DNA from: Candidatus Undinarchaeota archaeon
GTDB taxonomy: Archaea > SpSt-1190 > JASMDC01
Assembly: GCA_964519305.1 (NCBI GenBank)
Contig: CAZFHY010000015.1
Location: forward strand, 1-64,000
Direction: 5' to 3'
Length of the DNA: 64,000 nt
Below the pieces are notes generated by a model. It was not told the origin of the DNA, made no database searches, and worked only from the letters and a program-made list of their open reading frames with translations. The position numbers were made by a program, and so were the translations under genes. Positions 59,101 to 64,000 of the stretch are shown one piece after another; the first letter of the stretch is position 1; each line of letters opens with the position of its first letter.

Positions 59101-61331
59101 CCGTCCCAGTTGATGTTATAAGGCGTTATATCAAGGTCCTGTGAGGCGTCCTCGAGGGCGGTCCCGTCCCAGTTCTTGCCTGCATAGTGGACGCGGACCT
59201 TGATTTTGTGGTCACCCTCGCGGTTGCACTGGTGCTTGTTCCCGCTGACGGTGACAGTATGGTCTGGATTGGGCGTCCATCCTGAATAGGTGCACGCGGT
59301 GACCTCGCTGTTATCGGTGGGATCGTGCGAGAACTGGTCCGCTGGACAGTCGAGGTACACGCCGTTGACGTAGTAATGGCCACCGACCCAGTACCACACC
59401 TGCATGGTGGTATCCAGACCACAGGAGAACACCTTCTTTTTACTGTCATCGGTCCAGCTGGTGGTGTGGTGGAGGGCGTTACCATCGGTCACGCACGAGC
59501 TGCCCCGGTGGGTCACCTTGGCACGGACGGTGTAGAACCCGCCGCGCTGGTTACAGAGAGCGGCCTCGTCGATCGCGTAGGCCTCGCAGTTGGACATGTA
59601 CGTGCCGCCGTCGCAGGAGATTGCGCAGGCCTTCTCGGCGCTGGTATGTGCGGTTGCCCCGTTGGGATGGTAGACGTAGTAGGTAACCTTGTCGCCGATG
59701 TCCTCCCACACACCGCTCACGCATTTCTCCTGATCGTTATCGCTGTCGCTGTCACCGACCCAGCCGTGGGCAAAGCACTTATTGTGGGCGACGCAGTCGG
59801 TCTGGTGGGAGCAGCAGGCACTGTTGTCGCCATCACATGATTTAGGGTTCTTGCTCTCGTCGGTCTCGCACTTGCGATACCATTCACCACTGTCGTCGCC
59901 ACAGCAAGACGATGCGGCCTTTTCCCCGCCGATGTTCCAGGCGACACCGAAGTCGTGGTTGCCGGTGGTCTTGTCGCTGAAGCACGTGGGCGCCTTACAG
60001 TACACACCGCTCTCTCCGTCCCAGTTGACGTTGAACTTCTTCTCGGTCACCGTCTCTTTTAGATGCGATCCTCCGTGGAGGTTGCTGCCGTCCCAGTTCT
60101 TGCCCGAGTAGGTGAACTCCACCTTTGTGTAGTAGTCGCCCTCGATGCGGCAGTAACGTTTCTGGCTGCTCACGGTCACGAACTCACCCGCGGGAGGCGT
60201 GTAGCCGGCGTAGGTGCAAGAGTGGAGCCCGGCATCGTTCGTACCGGGAGTGGTGGAGATGGGTTGTGGGCAGTCCATCGCCTGCGCGTTGACGAAATAG
60301 GTGCCCCCCACATAGTACCAGATCTTGGCCGATGCGTGGAGCGAGCATGAGAACGATTTGAAGTTAGTATTGTCCACCCAGCTGTCCTTGATGTGGAGCG
60401 CACCGCCGGTCACACAGGAGTTGCCCTTGTGGTCCACATGCACGTTCACGGTGTAGTAGCCGGCCTCGCTGTTGCACAAAGTCGCCTGGTCCACCGAGGT
60501 GGAGGGACAGTCGGAGATGTAGGTCCCGCTGGAGCATGAGACAGGGCATATGATGTCCTTCTTCCATACATAGTTGCTGCTGGACGTCGAGGGAGAGGTT
60601 ACACCCGGCTTATAGACGTAGACAGTGGCCGTGTCCTCGATGTCACAGGTGTAGAGGTCGTGCTTGCTGATGGTGCTCGTACCGCCGCCACTGGTCTTAC
60701 CGTCACACTCTGTGTGGCCGTGGGTGACGTAGGTCTTGGCCTTGTAGACGCCATCGATCTTACAATTTGAAGCCTTCGGATAATCATAGGAGCACTCGCA
60801 GGTGTACTGACAGTCCTGGCTCGTGCACGCGCAGGAACAGTCACATTCCTTGTTGCCTATCGTATCGATGACGGTGTTGCCGCTGTTGATCGAGGAGTGA
60901 AAGATCTCCGCTCTGGCGATATCGCCGACAGTGTACAGGTTGAACGAGCTGGATCCTGACGTCCCGCCACCGGAGCTCTTGCCGTCGCATTCGGCGGTCC
61001 CATAGTTGAAGGTGGCCTTCGCCGTGAGCAGGCCAGGGCTGGTGCGTTTCGTATAATCGACTGTGCACTCGCAGTACCGCTGTGCATTGGCCCCTGTACC
61101 ACCAGGACAGGAGCACGTGCATGCGCCTGTGTTCACAGTGTCGATATGGTTGCCCTGCCAGTCGTAGATCTTGATCTGGGCGGTGTCCGATACGGCCGGC
61201 TGGACCGCTAGGAGCACGAGAACGCCTGCGAGGAGCAGGAGGGCGGCGATGGAGGCAGCGGCGCGCGTAGAGCGAGAACTAACTCTAAAAAAGCCTCCTC
61301 GATCTATGGATGACTGAATAGGATGAACCAA
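53115..61331 (-). CDS. Giant (2738 aa) Cys-rich repetitive surface protein with PGF-CTERM-like anchor
   Basis: Signal peptide; six CCGDD modules within 300-400-aa repeats; DxDxDG loops; C-terminal APGVG-TM-RRTRRR. Confidence 0.88.
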   Translation of the reverse strand: MVHPIQSSIDRGGFFRVSSRSTRAAASIAALLLLAGVLVLLAVQPAVSDTAQIKIYDWQGNHIDTVNTGACTCSCPGGTGANAQRYCECTVDYTKRTSPGLLTAKATFNYGTAECDGKSSGGGTSGSSSFNLYTVGDIARAEIFHSSINSGNTVIDTIGNKECDCSCACTSQDCQYTCECSYDYPKASNCKIDGVYKAKTYVTHGHTECDGKTSGGGTSTISKHDLYTCDIEDTATVYVYKPGVTSPSTSSSNYVWKKDIICPVSCSSGTYISDCPSTSVDQATLCNSEAGYYTVNVHVDHKGNSCVTGGALHIKDSWVDNTNFKSFSCSLHASAKIWYYVGGTYFVNAQAMDCPQPISTTPGTNDAGLHSCTYAGYTPPAGEFVTVSSQKRYCRIEGDYYTKVEFTYSGKNWDGSNLHGGSHLKETVTEKKFNVNWDGESGVYCKAPTCFSDKTTGNHDFGVAWNIGGEKAASSCCGDDSGEWYRKCETDESKNPKSCDGDNSACCSHQTDCVAHNKCFAHGWVGDSDSDNDQEKCVSGVWEDIGDKVTYYVYHPNGATAHTSAEKACAISCDGGTYMSNCEAYAIDEAALCNQRGGFYTVRAKVTHRGSSCVTDGNALHHTTSWTDDSKKKVFSCGLDTTMQVWYWVGGHYYVNGVYLDCPADQFSHDPTDNSEVTACTYSGWTPNPDHTVTVSGNKHQCNREGDHKIKVRVHYAGKNWDGTALEDASQDLDITPYNINWDGHSGIYCKAPTCFPDKTTGAHDFGVAWNIGGETAATTCCGDDNNEWYRKCETDELVKNACKGDNNACCSARYDCVAYGNCYNDNYVGDIDGDNAEEKCVDGVWQDLPEKAKYRIFHYTVGQIASYDVICSTSCPSGTGNEAQTYHECTMDYNECKIPGWYQAEVDILHNRPECQNMPTSNVKSALSKTNLYFCDIDDEVYYYVYHPDGSVAHTSPKKKCDTSCDGGTYMSDCETYSVPEKAICSQRGGFYTVRAKVSHKGNSCVNGNTLPNTESWVEDSKMQVFSCALDTTAKIKIYVGGTTLLNWKDMSCTDITDQFSHDPTHKSFVVPCSYTWDPSPYITHSSMNKRCDYEGDVHFVSRMAYSGKNWDGTALEATTQDIDEVKYNVNWDGHSGIFCSLTCFADKTTGAHDSGIAWNIGGETAASSCCGDDGSEWYRTCETSDDEKSATTNACSWDNKACCKARYDCVTRGNCFDNGYDLDADSDGYNEWCVDGVWKLRRDDVRYRIYSPSNKVVFDKTSSCLTSCSGEQRVETCESPQFTDACTEDGWYRAQIDFTYNGKNCNQKSFHTTTETFKNNKIFKCFASKPPVQVRHRMYHGGGSEEANSGILDCPGKGANEFCQEDASGNRIMKITANSCPTWDYDVCKTAGQYTVKSEFIFNGKTCDDLPLVTPEWHGPINAYWCAPGYYKIRHTDSGTDLTGGWKVLNCPKSTCKGTDNKEMASESCKMDWTDLKRDNCKREGKYEAKSKFFFNGECDGKGSKTSVEEFAWTAIYKVNFDNIGSVNKAPPGDPGTYDTATADPDRYCTTTCFDDTTTGARDSGVAWNLGGGTKTKYNDGSWYALAQNNDGSASASTCCGDDANEWARKCETLEELVTGGSKSVCDVSTDDLACCPAATDCVFNDKCYVRERLVDIDSDGDKEFCRDGQWVNIASVKPYVYLWDQDKQVLKGDDAGEPSVMSCGDLTCSNAYANKKSTCWYDKGMDTLTCDFYSQASGDWCYAQCTKKYTTCTVSGWYYGYVKFDYRVPGVANYVTYCCDNDANGVAASKVANCPNSCDDEKTGDRKGCRSGTCQSHYYCGYDMDGTYGFKKPDGTEYRNNVAMTCVNDGNGPTTWRIDTTQYGKETCSYTFTYPLNDGSTDNKISVTTVTTTATNHDPITRTTDPLEMCTLEGSYQYKMLWQYYGENRAMGGTSYSGKSNTNRYFDDTPTSNDPTGLPNSNEKAYSQMYYVDFDNLNDKNRDVAGQSSGDDASIAWRYCDTRCFSDTTTGSQNKDQGVWWDVKYGTSVNNGGSDSKDTCCGDDASEWSLRSEGTGGGSLHRVPGDNIGVRSWQASDAPHFSSGKTYNYYLSCCPRETDCVSNGTCYDSAETGGNKGGDVSANACHCLSWRARSYDVDKYNKHAWFEPNDHPDLGDGGLHDEAGANAEAPCCGDDGDNDNFYYYSDSRDYCHYCEKGVNKTSQVDNKLYNGVDSANYNDFFGVDSQEFRDCDGAGDTEIVGHSYNEIYGKQNYQITCYFWSEKDPETGADWSKAVDCDSNGCHQAPVEPQEASHRQRCTWLELDKANSADNTRFRLNNELKDEKPISIDVATEGWCLDNATHTCYYAFDKDEKKYWDICKDDGDDAYDGFDWSDDVFKGNCPYPGTVNVTTLNCYYHEKALFNETEGQIDLIDGGYYTCAKTGCQMLSSTLGYERELCHPRDGPIPAISVKDIKVRKQTLPGGKKDVKIAFHVITSSYLQQHGGAPERCDMCQATLSYKNIEKTCTHQGSGVFLCDVSGLVTNEPRPVMTITATLPMCHFCTQEAAPDQCEYEGTPAPETGICMLYTDAHYQTVFSFEKFVKLEVRKMSGKADIVENTMSTFVGETFLLGAHVTNYWTQPMNLVLKLHKEEMWSTFDEEAFTLFPGESKTIPVEINPYKLTAAGLIEIYVVDADSLERLNEKQFYVRVVYASGSAFMATAPGVGAVDIALLLALAGLFLARRTRRRTVAVDGREG

Positions 61332-61463
61332 GTCATCTCCCTTCCAATGCCTCTTCTTTCCTGTAGTTCCTCACTCTAGGACGCCTGTTATGACCACCTC
61401 CGATGGTAAATAACAGATACTACGAACTATAGTATACTAGTCCGCGATGCGATATAAACCTTT

Positions 61464-62369
61464 TTACCCGGGTACGATGCGCACGGTGAGCGCCTTACCG
61501 TCGGCGATGACATCCATGCGCTTGAAGGAGGAAACACCAGAGCTGGGGAGAGCTATACGGAGCAGGTATGTCCCGGGGGATATGCACGTCCCGGGTTCGA
61601 AGGTCAGCCTACCATCGATATCGGTAGATACCGTCTCCTTCGCCAGGGGCTCCGCGTCCAGCCGCGGGAGGATCGAGAGCTCGACATCGGTGTTCGCAAG
61701 CCGCAGTGCTGGTGCCTCGGTGAATCCCTCCACGAAGTACGTACCGTGCAGCGTGGCGGATAGCACGATGCTTGTGCAGCACACATCCTCGTGCTCCTCG
61801 TCATCATCGGTGTCGACCCAGGCACCGTTGTCCGCACCCATGCACCCCGTCTTGCACGAACCACCCACACAGCGGAAGGACGGGGCGCAGTCCGAGCCCG
61901 TCCGGCACGTGCGCCGGCATTCCCCGGCATCGCACCCGAACGGTGAACAGTCCTGGACGGCCACCGCTGCACCGGCACGGCACCGCGAGCCATCATCATC
62001 GTTGGCACAGGAGTATCCTACAGCATAGCGCTCATAACCGTGACAGAGCGTATAGTCCAGGGAGCGGCAGTCCACCCACGTACCCGCACATGTGTTCGCC
62101 TGTGCGATTAGCTCGTACAACCATGGACCCATGCACATGTCATGATAATCGTACCGGATGCAGAAATCCTGATAGCTGCCTTGATGGTCGGTGCAGTATC
62201 CGCTCTGGAGGAGGTCGAACCCATCGGAGTCCTCGCTGTCCGTGCGGCACTGACCTGCGCCTTCCTCGAAGGCGGCGAAGGCGTTCCCTCCCGAGAACAG
62301 CTCGCTGCTCGGTGCACCGAGGGCCAGGCACAGGAGGGCTACCGCCGCGACCGGGTACATTCGCGGCAT
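61464..62369 (-). CDS. Secreted Cys-rich protein
   Basis: ATG about 25 nt below GTTTATAT; signal peptide; C.TDS.DSDG motif; many Cys; C-terminal beta domain. Confidence 0.7.
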   Translation of the reverse strand: MPRMYPVAAVALLCLALGAPSSELFSGGNAFAAFEEGAGQCRTDSEDSDGFDLLQSGYCTDHQGSYQDFCIRYDYHDMCMGPWLYELIAQANTCAGTWVDCRSLDYTLCHGYERYAVGYSCANDDDGSRCRAGAAVAVQDCSPFGCDAGECRRTCRTGSDCAPSFRCVGGSCKTGCMGADNGAWVDTDDDEEHEDVCCTSIVLSATLHGTYFVEGFTEAPALRLANTDVELSILPRLDAEPLAKETVSTDIDGRLTFEPGTCISPGTYLLRIALPSSGVSSFKRMDVIADGKALTVRIVPG

Positions 62370-62422
62370 GATACTATGTACGTAGCGCTCGTGGGATATA
62401 AACCTGCCCCGTGGACGGGGTC

Positions 62423-63004
62423 TCAATCATCCGGTTCGGACACATCGAGGTAGACGTAGAAAGTGCGCGTCTGGAATGCTTCCGTCTTTCCGAGCGCCGT
62501 CCAGTTCACGTCCGCATATAGCCGTTCCAGGTGAAACTGGAAGGTCATCTGTACGTCGTCCAGGGCATCGTCGCTGCCCTTCTCCTTTACGATGATCACC
62601 CGGGAGGAGTTGAGAGGGATCTCCAGGTGGGCTTTCACCACGGTGTCCTCCACGTCGTACGTCGATGTGAGGTGCACCGGGTAACGATAGTTGGTCCCAT
62701 CGGCCTTCCAGTCCGAGACGTATCGCACCTGACCCTCCCAGTCCACAGCAGCGGTCTTCAGGGATGCCTGGAAGAGGATGTCAAGGGCCCGCATGTTACG
62801 CTCGCGATCGAAGTCATCGGATAGCGTGTCCACCGTGTCCACGGCCGAGAGGAGGTTCTCGAACTCGTTGAGCTGACCCAGGGAGATATCGCTCATAGGT
62901 ACATGCCGCTGGGTAATGTACATACCGATCATATGAAGGGACATGATCACCAGCACGCTCGAGACGATGAAGAACTGGCCTCTACGGCTTGTGGTGAGCA
63001 TCAT
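62423..63004 (-). CDS. Pilin-like protein with class III signal peptide
   Basis: RRGQ-FFIVSSVLVIM N-terminus. Confidence 0.7.
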   Translation of the reverse strand: MMLTTSRRGQFFIVSSVLVIMSLHMIGMYITQRHVPMSDISLGQLNEFENLLSAVDTVDTLSDDFDRERNMRALDILFQASLKTAAVDWEGQVRYVSDWKADGTNYRYPVHLTSTYDVEDTVVKAHLEIPLNSSRVIIVKEKGSDDALDDVQMTFQFHLERLYADVNWTALGKTEAFQTRTFYVYLDVSEPDD

Positions 63005-63567
63005 CAGTGTCGACCCCTCAAATGAAGCGCATCGGTAGAGAAATCCGCATAGAAATTAAAGCCGTTCCTTTCGATCGGGAAGGTCCGGACGTGGTGTGTG
63101 GATGAGTTTAGCGTAATGGTCATGCTGTCAGAGGGGATCCCGTAATCCAGGAGTGTGATGTTCCCGCTGTTCAGGACCGTGCGTAGCTGATCGAAGGAGG
63201 GTGTCTCGACGAGGATGTGGAACCGGGTCGATGAAGGGTCCCGCAGGACCTGGACGGGTGCGTGGATGGCACCCGTGATCTTTCCCCAGCTCTGGACTGT
63301 GCCCTTGACCCTGAGGCATTCGTTCGCGGGCATGCTCGCCTCGAAGGACTGCCACGACTCAACCTTGATGTGTACAAGCTGGTTCGGTTTCACAGGGATT
63401 ACCCACTCAGATGGATCGCCCAGGGAGTACCACGAGAGCTCTTCTCCGGTGTCCAGATAGGTGACATTGACGTACTTGAGCTTGTAGAATCCCTGGTTCG
63501 CACCGCCGCCGCTGTTGAGAAGGAGCAGCAGCGCCGCCAGGACCACGAGAACGAGGACGAATCTCAC
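63004..63567 (-). CDS. Secreted/membrane-anchored hypothetical protein
   Basis: N-terminal hydrophobic helix; overlaps both neighbours. Confidence 0.7.
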   Translation of the reverse strand: MRFVLVLVVLAALLLLLNSGGGANQGFYKLKYVNVTYLDTGEELSWYSLGDPSEWVIPVKPNQLVHIKVESWQSFEASMPANECLRVKGTVQSWGKITGAIHAPVQVLRDPSSTRFHILVETPSFDQLRTVLNSGNITLLDYGIPSDSMTITLNSSTHHVRTFPIERNGFNFYADFSTDALHLRGRH

Positions 63568-64000
63568 AGATCCTCAACTCCTATCGTCGTATTGAAGTAG
63601 ATATAGAAGCGCTGGGGCTGGAACGGTTTGAGCTGGGAGACCGTCCATGTGAAGTTGACCTTCCATGAGCTTTCGGGGACGCATTCATTATGGGGCGTCA
63701 TGCTATTAGCGGCAACGATGCCCGATTCGAGGGTGCAGATGACCTTGTATTCGACAGTGTCGCCCCGGGGGCCGTCCGTGCCTTCTTCAACCATCCATAT
63801 CTCTGTCGCGAAGTCGGTCATCAGTGGGAGGGGGATCACCTCGGAGACCAGTACCTCGTCCATAGGATAGTTCGCCACGACCTCTACCGGGATGCGGTAG
63901 GCAAGGGCCTCGGTCGCTGGGACCAGGTTCCAGGATGTGGTCGTTGTGTATGTGATCTCCCCGTTCCAGGAGTATCCTAGCTCGTTGGCAGTGCGTTGCA
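63564..64000 (-). CDS. 5'-partial paralog of the pilin-like protein at 62423..63004
   Basis: Frame open to the window end (QRTANELGYSWNGEITY...AYRIPVEV...VNFTW...FQPQRFYIYFN), matching WEGQVRY...YRYPVHL...VNWT...FQTRTFYVYLD. Confidence 0.7.
   Translation of the reverse strand, partial: QRTANELGYSWNGEITYTTTTSWNLVPATEALAYRIPVEVVANYPMDEVLVSEVIPLPLMTDFATEIWMVEEGTDGPRGDTVEYKVICTLESGIVAANSMTPHNECVPESSWKVNFTWTVSQLKPFQPQRFYIYFNTTIGVEDL

Overview
GC-rich archaeal chromosomal segment. Evidence for an archaeal origin: TATA boxes about 25-35 nt upstream of many start codons, the archaeal modified mevalonate pathway, class III signal peptides and a FlaK/PibD-type peptidase. The abundant giant Cys-rich surface proteins suggest a DPANN-like or other uncultured lineage, which is inference only. 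Main content: (1) an eight-gene lower mevalonate/isoprenoid cluster (mvk-ubiX-ubiD-lpdD-like-acnX large-acnX small, converging on fni-ipk); (2) a membrane-proteolysis and pilus region (presenilin-type GxGD protease, prepilin peptidase, divergent tubulin/FtsZ/CetZ protein abutting a TadC/GspF platform protein, PrsW protease with Zn-finger repeats plus a stand-alone copy of that finger, TraB-like protein); (3) aspartate kinase preceded by a candidate Thr-rich leader peptide and hairpin; (4) many large secreted or pilin-like, Cys-rich proteins (up to 2738 aa) that share modules; (5) paralogous EamA transporters flanking a surface-protein cassette, a D-aminoacylase, two ParB/Srx-like paralogs with a shared upstream motif, a creatininase-amidohydrolase fusion and a membrane spermidine-synthase-like protein. 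I saw no rRNA, tRNA, CRISPR array or mobile element. All calls come from reading motifs by eye; no searches were run.
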